Shown: one piece after another, positions 19,466 through 27,902 of the stretch
Position numbering within the stretch: the first letter of the stretch is position 1
Layout of the letters: each line of letters starts with the position of its first letter
NCBI GenBank assembly: GCA_001029635.1
Contig: CP011209.1
Coordinates: 157,352-221,351 of the forward strand
DNA from: Candidatus Wolfebacteria bacterium GW2011_GWB1_47_1
Lineage (GTDB): Bacteria > Patescibacteriota > Minisyncoccia > UBA6257 > UBA9933
Length of the DNA stretch: 64,000 bases
Direction of reading: 5' to 3'
Notes under the pieces: generated by a model
What the model saw: only the letters and a program-made list of their open reading frames with translations
The model's database searches: none
Told to the model about the DNA's origin: nothing
Made by a program: the position numbers and the translations under genes

Positions 19466-19696
19466 CAAAGAATATCTGGTTCAAAATTTTCATATCAAGT
19501 ATAATAAAAAAGGAGTGTGAAAATTTCTCGACCCAAATTTTTCTTTCGCTGCTACAGAAAAACTTCAGATATTCTTAACGTTACGCAAAATGTCGTTCGG
19601 CTTCACTCCATTTTTCGTAACGTGGAGCTTTGCGAGGCTTGTTTACTTGTCCCGATAGGGAAGAGAGGAAGCCCAACCCTCGCAAAGCTCCACGTT
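19466..19696. repeat. Cassette-associated repeat copy 2 (full length): upstream module ACAAAGAATATCTGG..., hairpin module, perfect 19-bp IRs (19619-19637 and 19678-19696) flanking the 40-bp core in orientation B (19638-19677)
   Basis: AACGTGGAGCTTTGCGAGG-[CTTGTTTACTTGTCCCGATAGGGAAGAGAGGAAGCCCAAC]-CCTCGCAAAGCTCCACGTT. Confidence 0.8.
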
Positions 19697-19761
19697 AGCT
19701 GAAATAATCAAAATTTTTATCTTTATTAATAATAATTATCTGGGGCTTTTTTATTTTTTCT

Positions 19762-20301
19762 ATGCATGATTTAGCACTTCCATTTATACTTTCACAAGTT
19801 GCGATGTTCATCGCAATGGGCTTTGATTTTCTGAGTCTGCAATATAAAAAACGTGAGCATACATTTTTATGCCTAATTGTTTCGGCTAGTTTGATAAGCG
19901 CCCATTATTTTTTATTGAATAAAACAGCGGCTGGTGTTATTGTTTCGATTTCGGTTCTTCGATTTATTACTTGCTATTTTACAACGAATAAAAAATACTT
20001 GTTTATATTTATTGCGCTAAACACGATTTCATTATTTTTCACATATAAAGATCCTACCGATTTAATTATCTATATTGGCTTGATTATATTTATTATCGGT
20101 AATTTTCAGGAAGATAATCGGCTGATGAGAAAATTGATGATGGGTGGAACATCCTTGATTGTGGTGTATAATGCAGTTATCTTCTCACCGATGGGAGTTA
20201 TCGCTGAGGGCGTATTTTTGATTAGTGGTTTCATCGGCTATTATCGTCATTATGTGAAAAATAATGAAAAAATAAAAAAGCCCCAGATAATTATAGAATA
20301 A
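19762..20301 (+). CDS. YgjV-like inner-membrane protein (AT-rich cassette gene)
   Basis: Several TM helices in 179 aa; a weak resemblance to the YgjV family; very AT-rich. Confidence 0.45.
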   Translation: MHDLALPFILSQVAMFIAMGFDFLSLQYKKREHTFLCLIVSASLISAHYFLLNKTAAGVIVSISVLRFITCYFTTNKKYLFIFIALNTISLFFTYKDPTDLIIYIGLIIFIIGNFQEDNRLMRKLMMGGTSLIVVYNAVIFSPMGVIAEGVFLISGFIGYYRHYVKNNEKIKKPQIIIE

Positions 20302-20317
20302 GGAATATAAAAATTTA

Positions 20318-20496
20318 GATTACATCAGCTAACAAAGAATATCTGGCTCAAAAATTTTTCACTTTTACATTTTCAGATGAAAGAAAAATTTTCTCGACCC
20401 AAATTCATTTCCGCTACGCTTCAATGAACTTCAGATATTCTTAACGTTACGCAAAATGTCGTTCGGCTTCACTCCATTTTTCGTAACGTGGAGCTT
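20318..20496. repeat. Cassette-associated repeat copy 3 (truncated after the left IR)
   Basis: ACAAAGAATATCTGGCTCAAAAA...CTTCAGATATTCTTAACGTTACGCAAAATGTCGTTCGGCTTCACTCCATTTTTCGTAACGTGGAGCTTTT, then diverges. Confidence 0.7.
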
Positions 20497-20673
20497 TTTT
20501 GAAATTTTTTAGAACAAGAATGACGTCCTCCCCGCACTCCCATCCTCTACTCTTTCCACGACGGAATGGATCGTGCGGGGTTTCCTGGTAAGGTAGTAAA
20601 AAAAGGCGGCAAAATTTTGTCGTCCCGGGACTTAAAACTCTCTAAAATGATTGCGTATGTTTAGCTCGTGTGA

Positions 20674-20946
20674 TTAATCAGCCAACAAATCAACACGGAA
20701 AACTATATTGCAATCGCAACTACCGCCATTCTCATCGAAGTACTTAAGAGTGGCTTCGATATCGACGTTTCCCATTTTTTCGAGTATCTCTTTTGCTAGA
20801 GATCTTTCCTTGAAATGATCACAACTCCAGGTGGCATCATCGGAGTCTGCTCTTTTTCTAAAGTGGCAACCATCTGGTCCTGACAGCTGACTTACAAATT
20901 CATCCCAACGAGGATTGTCAATGTTCATAATTTCCATGTCTAGCAC
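20674..20946 (-). CDS. Hypothetical small Cys-containing protein (90 aa)
   Basis: ORF with Cys/His residues (CHF, CDH, CDC); no confident family assignment. Confidence 0.4.
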   Translation of the reverse strand: MLDMEIMNIDNPRWDEFVSQLSGPDGCHFRKRADSDDATWSCDHFKERSLAKEILEKMGNVDIEATLKYFDENGGSCDCNIVFRVDLLAD

Positions 20947-21099
20947 CTCCCTTTGCCGAAATTTGACATATGTTGTAGAAATATTAATTTTTTAGTTAAA
21001 CACCAAAAAAGATATAAATCAAGTCAAACATATACAAAAATAGAAGAAATTTCAAAAGGGTTTGGAAATAAGGGGGGGGTTAGGTACCTTTAAATTTAA

Positions 21100-21140
21100 A
21101 AAACGCACGGTCTTATGAATAAGACTGTGCGTTTTTATTT
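21100..21140. terminator. Hairpin terminator downstream of rnpA
   Basis: AAAACGCACGGTCTTATGAATAAGACTGTGCGTTTT. Confidence 0.55.
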
Positions 21141-21458
21141 CGCAAACTCAAATTCCTTTATTATTTGCTTAATATCTCCCTTAGTAAACTGTTTAGTCTC
21201 TGGATAAATAAGGATCATCACGTCTTGCCCTTCACTGTTTTGTAGATTTCGCCCCCGAATACCTTCATAAAACATTCTCTTGATTTTATTTCGCTCCGTT
21301 GCCCGCTTATCTACCTTCTTCCCCACTACAACACCAAAACGGCTATATGAAAGCCCATTTGGTACATATTTTACCGCAAAAAAAGGGCCTTTCTTTACAA
21401 AAGTAGGCCTTTTTTTGATAAATTCAGCAATATTAAGCTTGAATTTCTTTGCAAGCAT
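21135..21458 (-). CDS. rnpA: Ribonuclease P protein component
   Basis: Basic 107-aa protein; conserved RNR motif region KRATERNKIKRMFYEGIRG; sits next to rpmH. Confidence 0.8.
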   Translation of the reverse strand: MLAKKFKLNIAEFIKKRPTFVKKGPFFAVKYVPNGLSYSRFGVVVGKKVDKRATERNKIKRMFYEGIRGRNLQNSEGQDVMILIYPETKQFTKGDIKQIIKEFEFAK

Positions 21459-21465
21459 TAGATCT

Positions 21466-21600
21466 AATCAGCGAAGAACGCATTTAGTTAAGTGAAGTGC
21501 TAGGCGCGGGAAGGTTAGCGCGAAAGCCGTATTATTTATACGGCGACCAAGCTGACAGGGGCCCGCAACACCGCAATTCGCCAACTAAATGCGTTCTTTT
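21466..21600. repeat. Copy Y of a conserved roughly 85-nt structured element (core 21489-21576) enclosed by an 18-bp inverted repeat, in the rpmH-rnpA spacer
   Basis: Core GCTAGGCGCGGGAAGG...GAAAGCCGTATTATTTATACGGCGACCAAGCTGACAGGGGCCCGCAACACCGCAATTCGC matches the element at 34538-34620. Flanks GAAGAACGCATTTAGTT and AACTAAATGCGTTCTT. Confidence 0.6.
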
Positions 21601-21746
21601 TAAGAAGCTTTTTTGACCGTAAGCTGCTTCCGTCCCTTTCGGCGACGTGCCAAAAGTACGCGTCGTCCACCCGGGGTCGAAGTACGCTCCAAAAACCCGT
21701 GGGTTCGCGCTCTTTTTCGCTTGTTTGGTTGGTATGTGACTGACAT
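21600..21746 (-). CDS. rpmH: 50S ribosomal protein L34
   Basis: Translation [48 protein letters not shown]. It is not in the ORF track because it is under 60 aa. Confidence 0.85.
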   Translation of the reverse strand: MSVTYQPNKRKRARTHGFLERTSTPGGRRVLLARRRKGRKQLTVKKAS

Positions 21747-21804
21747 AATGGTCTACTATATCGGAATTAGTTAGAAAATGCAAGGGGGTATTCTCTTTCT
21801 GAAT

Positions 21805-21975
21805 CCTGCAGCAAGCTATAAAAAGTGGGCAAAAATGATTGAAGAAAATTTCTCTTAAAATCGAGAATTTGGGACCCGTTTATTAACGGGTAATTCTCGA
21901 TTTTTTAGAAATTTTAAAGATCATTCCACTTTTTATCCCGCTTGCAGGCTTTTGCGTACTTTTCTAGAAAAGTAC
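21805..21975. repeat. Copy D of the roughly 143-bp TIR/hairpin element (21805-21948) plus the GTAC palindrome (21956-21975), inside the oriC region
   Basis: TIRs CCTGCAGCAAGCtATAAAAAGTGG and CCACTTTTTATcCCGCTTGCAGG; apex CCCGTT-TATT-AACGGG (compensatory relative to A and B). Confidence 0.7.
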
Positions 21976-22034
21976 ATAAAAACTCTTTTTGAATATGTTC
22001 TCGACGAGTATTGCATCTGCCCGATGAGACAATT

Positions 22035-22150
22035 TGTGGATATGTGGATAATTCTCGGTATAACTCTTTTTACTTTCACTTTTAGCCTATTTTTAATAAA
22101 ACCAAGTTCAAAAAACCCTTTATTTATGCGGGTCATATGAGTTATCCACA
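22035..22150. promoter_or_regulatory. oriC part 1: DnaA boxes upstream of dnaA (TGTGGATA-TGTGGATAA at 22035-22051; TTATCCACA at 22142-22150) with an AT-rich stretch between them
   Basis: Perfect consensus TTATCCACA boxes in the rpmH-dnaA intergenic region; the gene order rnpA-rpmH-dnaA-dnaN is the classical origin context. Confidence 0.7.
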
Positions 22151-22259
22151 CCTATTCCCCATTTTTTTACTTTTCCACACTATTCGCTATAATTTTATAA
22201 ATCTGTATAATGATTTTTAGTAACACATAGAGAAGTGTGTTGTCGTTATTTCTTACACC

Positions 22260-23627
22260 ATGGAACTCGATCAACTCTGGAAATCCGCTCTTGCTGAGCT
22301 TGAAATACAAATGACCCAGCCGAACTTTTTAACCTGGTTTAAAAACAGTCGACTTATCGATCGATCCGCCGAAGGAGAACTTGTAGTATCCCTTTCAAAT
22401 AATTTTGCAAAAGAATGGGTTGAAAATAAATACCATAAATCAATTCTTGAAATTCTTATCTCTTTGGATGACTCCGTGAGGCGCGTTCGGTATACGGTTG
22501 CCATTCTCCCAACGGAACCTCAAAAACCCCTCACAGATAGCAAAAAAGAGCGTTCCGGGGCTCCTCAGCAGGCTACGTTTGATGAATTCAAAATCGATCC
22601 AGAGACAAATCTCCACCCAAAATACACGTTTAAGTCATATATAGTGGGTTCTTCAAACGAATTAGCATATGCTGCTTCCCTCGCCGTTATTAAGGATATG
22701 GGGAAAAAGTACAATCCACTGTTTATTTATGGAGGATCGGGTCTTGGAAAGACCCATTTAATGCAATCTATTGGTAATCAAATTCGCCAGACCCATGGAA
22801 ATACCACAAAAGTAAAATATATTCCTTCCGAAAAATTCGTAAATGACATTGTATTTTCCATTAAAAACAAAAGAATGGAGGATATGAAGCGCATCTACCG
22901 CTCGGTAGATGTACTCATTATTGACGATATCCAATTTATCGCCGGAAAGGCAGCGAGTGAAGAAGAATTTTTTCACACGTTTAATGCCCTGTATGATAAT
23001 GATAAACAAATAATACTTTCATCCGATCGCCCTCCTCATGAAACTGCCATACTTGAAGAGCGCCTTCGTTCCCGCTTTAGTAGCGGAATGATCGTGGATA
23101 TTTCTTATCCGGACTATGAAATGCGCCTTGCTATCATTAAAAAGAAGCTTGAGCAGGAAAATATATCCATTCCTGATTCGGTTACCGAATTTATTGCCGA
23201 AAAGATGCAGCGTAATATTCGTGAGATAGAAGGAGTCTTGAAAAAGATCATGTTTTATCAGGATGTGAAAGGAGTTGAGGTGACTCGGGGAATAGTGGAG
23301 GAAATCATTGATAAAACGACGAAGCATTCCTTTAAAAATGTAACACCAAATCAGGTTATGCAAGTCGTTGCCAATTTCTTCGAACTTGCCGAAAAGGACC
23401 TAACCGACCAAGGAAGAAGAAAGGAGGTTGTTGAGCCGCGCCAGATCGCAATGTATTTAATGAAAGATCTCCTGGGGATGTCCTACTCGGATATCGGGTA
23501 TAAGATGGGGAAAAGAGATCATTCAACCGTTATGCACGCATGTGATAAAATCTCGACATTACTCACAACCGACCAGAAGTTGGGTAATAAACTTACTTCG
23601 ATTAAGGAAGTTATCAACAGTAAATAA
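22260..23627 (+). CDS. dnaA: Chromosomal replication initiator DnaA
   Basis: AAA+ Walker A GGSGLGKTHLMQ, Walker B LIIDDIQF, sensor and C-terminal DNA-binding domain (DIGYKMGKRDHSTVMHA). Confidence 0.92.
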   Translation: MELDQLWKSALAELEIQMTQPNFLTWFKNSRLIDRSAEGELVVSLSNNFAKEWVENKYHKSILEILISLDDSVRRVRYTVAILPTEPQKPLTDSKKERSGAPQQATFDEFKIDPETNLHPKYTFKSYIVGSSNELAYAASLAVIKDMGKKYNPLFIYGGSGLGKTHLMQSIGNQIRQTHGNTTKVKYIPSEKFVNDIVFSIKNKRMEDMKRIYRSVDVLIIDDIQFIAGKAASEEEFFHTFNALYDNDKQIILSSDRPPHETAILEERLRSRFSSGMIVDISYPDYEMRLAIIKKKLEQENISIPDSVTEFIAEKMQRNIREIEGVLKKIMFYQDVKGVEVTRGIVEEIIDKTTKHSFKNVTPNQVMQVVANFFELAEKDLTDQGRRKEVVEPRQIAMYLMKDLLGMSYSDIGYKMGKRDHSTVMHACDKISTLLTTDQKLGNKLTSIKEVINSK

Positions 23628-23641
23628 TATTCATCCCGTTG

Positions 23642-23771
23642 TTATCCGCAAAAATAAATTCTAAAAAAGCGCTTGCCTAAAAGCAATTTACCACTTATCC
23701 ACACTATCCACACCCCTATAACTACTTCTACTATTTTTATTAATACTATAGAAGAACAGGGATGCGGATAA
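23642..23771. promoter_or_regulatory. oriC part 2: DnaA-box cluster between dnaA and dnaN (TTATCCGCA 23642-23650, TTATCCACA 23696-23704, TATCCACA 23705-23712, TGCGGATAA 23763-23771)
   Basis: At least four boxes within 130 bp, suggesting a bipartite origin flanking dnaA. Confidence 0.65.
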
Positions 23772-23793
23772 CATCCTAAACAGAAATTTACCT

Positions 23794-24912
23794 ATGGAAC
23801 TCATTGTACTGAAAACGAACCTCAAGGAAGGGATTGCTGCACTCGGAAAGATCGGATCTGAAAATGCATCATTGCCGATCCTTAAAAATTGCCTAATTGA
23901 AACGCAAGAGAATAAGATAAAGTTTTCAGTAACTAATTTGGAAGTGGCAATATCGAGTGTTATTCCGGCGAAGGTAGTAAAAGATGGTAGTATCACAGTT
24001 CCACTAAGTATCCTCTCCTCTATTATTAATAACCTTGAGAGTGAGCGGGTAAGTTTGGAAACAAAGGTAAATAATCTGGTAATAAAGACGGAAAACTATC
24101 AGGCGAAAATACAAGGAACAAAAAAGGAGGAATTTCCGATCATTCCAAAGATCGGAAACGAAAGTGAATATCTAGAGATAGAAAGCGGATTATTAAAAGA
24201 CGGCCTTCTCTCGATAATCAATGCGAGTCAAGGTTCGGCAATTCGACCGGAACTGGGAGGTATCTTGTTTGACTATCAAGTGAATATTATAAAGTTTGCC
24301 GCAACGGACAGCTTTAGACTTGCTGAAAAGACTATTGATGAGAATCAATATAAGACAAACATCGAACAGAAATTAAAAACGATCATACCGCTAAAAACTA
24401 TTCAGGAGTTGGTGCGGGTGATGTCTGAGAAAGATGACGAAAAGATACAAATTTACTTTGATCAGAGCCAGGTATTATTCCGAACCGATAAATTTGAGCT
24501 GGTATCAAGAGTGATCAACGGAGAATTTCCTGATTATCAACCGATTATCCCGAAAGAGACTGTTATCGAAGTGGTGGTAAACCGGGAGCAGCTAGTGAGT
24601 GCGCTAAAATTAACAGGTTCGTTTTCTGATAAGATGAATGAGGTTAGGATGATCATTAAAGATGGAGTAAAAAATATCGAATTATTCTCATCAAACCCAA
24701 TATTGGGAGAAAACCAATACTTAATACCGGCGAAGATCAAAGGTGATTCGATCGAGATTGTCTTTAACTGGAAGTTTCTCTTTGATGGAATGAAAAGTAT
24801 CACAACAGAAAATATTACCATCGGATTAAATGGGGATAATAAGCCCGCAATTATTAGACCAATGAACGCAAAGGATTATTTTTATATAATCATGCCGATT
24901 AATAATACATAA
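23794..24912 (+). CDS. dnaN: DNA polymerase III beta sliding clamp
   Basis: 372 aa with a three-domain clamp pattern; N-terminal MELIVLKTNLKEGI. Confidence 0.88.
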   Translation: MELIVLKTNLKEGIAALGKIGSENASLPILKNCLIETQENKIKFSVTNLEVAISSVIPAKVVKDGSITVPLSILSSIINNLESERVSLETKVNNLVIKTENYQAKIQGTKKEEFPIIPKIGNESEYLEIESGLLKDGLLSIINASQGSAIRPELGGILFDYQVNIIKFAATDSFRLAEKTIDENQYKTNIEQKLKTIIPLKTIQELVRVMSEKDDEKIQIYFDQSQVLFRTDKFELVSRVINGEFPDYQPIIPKETVIEVVVNREQLVSALKLTGSFSDKMNEVRMIIKDGVKNIELFSSNPILGENQYLIPAKIKGDSIEIVFNWKFLFDGMKSITTENITIGLNGDNKPAIIRPMNAKDYFYIIMPINNT

Positions 24913-25044
24913 GAGCTATGAGGTTAGAGGTCGGAGATTGGAGTTATGAGATATAAGAGGTATGAAAAGTATTTATACCCCTTATCTCTAATTTCTAACC
25001 TCCGATCTCATATCTCCATCCTCATATCACACAACAAAAAAACA

Positions 25045-25075
25045 ACTCTGTAAAAAATCTCCCGCTAAGGGAGAT
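25045..25075. terminator. Bidirectional terminator between dnaN and the PBP gene
   Basis: AAAAATCTCCCGCTAAGGGAGATTTTTTG, a perfect hairpin. Confidence 0.65.
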
Positions 25076-25094
25076 TTTTTGTGTAAACGATATT

Positions 25095-27194
25095 CTATCT
25101 GTTCTGTATAGCCCATGCGCGTACAGGAGCCTCCCAGAGTCCATATTGTGGATCCTGTGAAGGATTCCCTGGGATAGGGCCTGATGAGTCTGATCGATCG
25201 GCATAATGGAGAATAGAATGAATTTCACCATTCGATAGATAATTACCATCAAACATCGGTTTAGCGACGGAGATTGATTCCGGTTTATTAAATGTTTCAA
25301 TAGGGAATTTAGTAAGGGCCTCGTTCATAAATGTGCTCCAAATAGGAACTGCTGCAAGAATACTACCACCACTGCGTTGCATAGGAGTATTATCGTTATT
25401 TCCCGCCCATACGCCAACGACAAGCGAAGGAGTATAGCCGAGAACCCATGCGTCTCGATAATCATTGGTAGTTCCGGTTTTGAGAGCGACATCCCTATCC
25501 GGAAAGACGGTAAGGTTGAAACTACTTTCAAAGAGCGGGCGACGGGCATCCTGGTCAGAAAGAATATCATTAATCAAGCGTGGATATTGAGGCTCGATAA
25601 CTTGTGATGAGCGATCGAGATATTTTTCGAGGATACTCCCTTGGTCGTCTTCTACACTAAGAACAAAAGATTGCTGATGTTTAATTCCGTCTTGTGCAAA
25701 AACGGAATATCCTCCAACCATATCGATTAGTCGAACTTCCCCTCCCCCAAGAACAAAGGAGAGTCCATAGCGTTTTGGGTCGGTGAGTGTAGTGAGCCCA
25801 AAATTATATGCATTCGTTATGGTATCGTCGATACCAGCGAGATAAAGAGTCTTTACGGCAGTCACGTTAATCGATTGGGCAAGGGAATTACGCAATGATA
25901 TTGGGCCGCGATAGGTGTGATCATAATTTTCAGGGCGATAACTATTAGTTCCACTCGTATCAAACTCCGTAGAAACATCGAAAAGGATCGTTTCAGGGGT
26001 ATATCCCTTCTGGAACGCCGTCATATATGCAAACGGTTTAATAGATGATCCTGGTTGACGAAGTCCCTGAACGGCGACATTGAAGTTTCCATCGATTGTT
26101 GTGTCGAAATAGTCGGCAGAACCTACAAGTGCGAGTATTTGTCCAGTCTTGGGGTCTTCTGCGACGAGGGATGCGTTGTGTCCCTTATATAATTCTGTGT
26201 TGCGGGCAGCCCCTTCCATTACCGCACGCTCGGCTACTTGCTGAAGATCATAATCAAGTGTGGTAATAACCCGTAATCCCCCCTTATTAATGACATCTTC
26301 CCCATATTTATCAATGAGATAATCACGGACCGTCATAGAAAAATGAGGAGCCTTAATGGATCCGATAGTCTGTTCAAGAAAACGAGGCGAAATTTTGAGA
26401 TTATCATCCCGTTGTTTTTTAGTAATATGTCCAGCGGAATACATTTCCTCCAATACACGGTCTTTTCTCTTAAGTAATTCATCCTTATGAGAACCCCAAG
26501 GAGAATAATAACTGGGAATCTGTACGATAGCAGCAAGAGTTGCCGACTCAAGAAGTGTAATGTCCTTCGCCTGTTTGCCGAAGTATGTCTGCGCTCCAGC
26601 CTCGATACCGTTAGCACCTGCTCCGTATGGGATTTGGTTAAGATAAAGGTTGAGAATTTGGTCTTTGTCGTAGTAACGTTCAATCCAAAAAGCAAGAATG
26701 ATCTCCTTCACTTTACGGGTATAGGTACGTTCCGGGGTAAGAAACGCATTTTTAGCTAACTGTTGTGTAATAGTAGAGGCCCCCTGTGAAATACCGCCAC
26801 GGATGATATTTACGAAAAAAGCACGAAAGATACCCTTGATATCAATGGCGGAATGCTCATAAAATCCGCTATCTTCGATGGCAACAGTCGCCTGCTTTGC
26901 ATACGTAGGGATTTGTTCATAAGGAATAACCGTGCGCTTTCCCTGGGCGTTTACTTCGTAAAGAAGAATTTTTCCTGTTCTATCATATAGCTTCGTAGAT
27001 TCAGTCATTTGCCAACTCCCTGATTGTTGAGGATCAGGTAGACTCTTGGCGATCCGAGCGACTTGAATAACACTAATAATGCCGATAAGAAAAAAAAGAA
27101 CAAACGCGATAGATGTGATCTTTATAATAAGCGCACGTTTGGTATGTACTTTTGTGTCCCTGCGGGGTTGTTTATAGTGGGTGGAGGGTGTCAT
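25095..27194 (-). CDS. Class A penicillin-binding protein (transglycosylase/transpeptidase, PBP1A-type)
   Basis: N-terminal TM anchor; GT51 motifs AIEDSGFYEHSAID and RGGISQGASTITQQ; transpeptidase SxxK (GSSIKPF), SxN and KTG (LKTGTTND). Confidence 0.88.
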   Translation of the reverse strand: MTPSTHYKQPRRDTKVHTKRALIIKITSIAFVLFFLIGIISVIQVARIAKSLPDPQQSGSWQMTESTKLYDRTGKILLYEVNAQGKRTVIPYEQIPTYAKQATVAIEDSGFYEHSAIDIKGIFRAFFVNIIRGGISQGASTITQQLAKNAFLTPERTYTRKVKEIILAFWIERYYDKDQILNLYLNQIPYGAGANGIEAGAQTYFGKQAKDITLLESATLAAIVQIPSYYSPWGSHKDELLKRKDRVLEEMYSAGHITKKQRDDNLKISPRFLEQTIGSIKAPHFSMTVRDYLIDKYGEDVINKGGLRVITTLDYDLQQVAERAVMEGAARNTELYKGHNASLVAEDPKTGQILALVGSADYFDTTIDGNFNVAVQGLRQPGSSIKPFAYMTAFQKGYTPETILFDVSTEFDTSGTNSYRPENYDHTYRGPISLRNSLAQSINVTAVKTLYLAGIDDTITNAYNFGLTTLTDPKRYGLSFVLGGGEVRLIDMVGGYSVFAQDGIKHQQSFVLSVEDDQGSILEKYLDRSSQVIEPQYPRLINDILSDQDARRPLFESSFNLTVFPDRDVALKTGTTNDYRDAWVLGYTPSLVVGVWAGNNDNTPMQRSGGSILAAVPIWSTFMNEALTKFPIETFNKPESISVAKPMFDGNYLSNGEIHSILHYADRSDSSGPIPGNPSQDPQYGLWEAPVRAWAIQNR

Positions 27195-27415
27195 AAGAGA
27201 AAGAGGATCAGATGGATATTACACAATAAAAAATTTATAAAGTCAATAATAATAAAGAGGAGGAAAAGAAGGATTGTCTAAGGTTAATTGTACCTGAAAT
27301 AAACAAACAAAAAAACCGACGTATATCCTGTAGTGGTTTTCAACTTAATTAAATTTGCCATAGGCAAACCGTTGAAAATCTACTACAGGACAAGGCGGTT
27401 TTTCTATATACTCTA

Positions 27416-27646
27416 TTAGAGATCCCCTTCTTCTTCGTCTCCCCATTCGAAATCTGCAAATTCGTCGATCTCATCCTCGCTTCCGACGACATCATCTTCT
27501 TCCGGCTCGGCCTCAAAACCATAGCCGACATGATCATCGGCAACCTTCTTCTTCGGGGTTTCGATATCCTCATCCCCTATCTCAAAGATAAGATCTTCAC
27601 TCTCAACATAATTCTGAACAGGTGTGGCAACACGTTGGTGTGTCAT
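27416..27646 (-). CDS. Small highly acidic protein (76 aa), hypothetical
   Basis: More than 35% D/E residues; ORF upstream of the PBP gene on the same strand. Confidence 0.35.
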   Translation of the reverse strand: MTHQRVATPVQNYVESEDLIFEIGDEDIETPKKKVADDHVGYGFEAEPEEDDVVGSEDEIDEFADFEWGDEEEGDL

Positions 27647-27902
27647 TTAAAATTGCTGGTTGTGTAAAAGTAATAAAATATGACCTTTATTTGAGATACA
27701 TAGTAATGGATTTTAAATAACTGTCAACTGTTTTAAAAGTAAGGTAGTAAAGGATTAAAAAATAAGCAATTAATTAGCAAAAGCGTAAAGTTGTCACAAA
27801 GAGGAGAATAGGTATAATGTGGGTAAAGAAGAAATGTGGGGCTGTATATATACACGGTGCACATTTGTATATTTGTTCGATTTGTATGTTTGTGATTACC
27901 CT

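Noticed and set aside
18630-20496. Calling the cassette repeats a bona fide integron (attC sites)
   Set aside because: No intI gene or attI nearby, and the putative core sites (GTAACGT / GTTAGCT) do not fit RYYYAAC / GTTRRRY. It is kept as a hypothesis inside the finding, not as a feature call.
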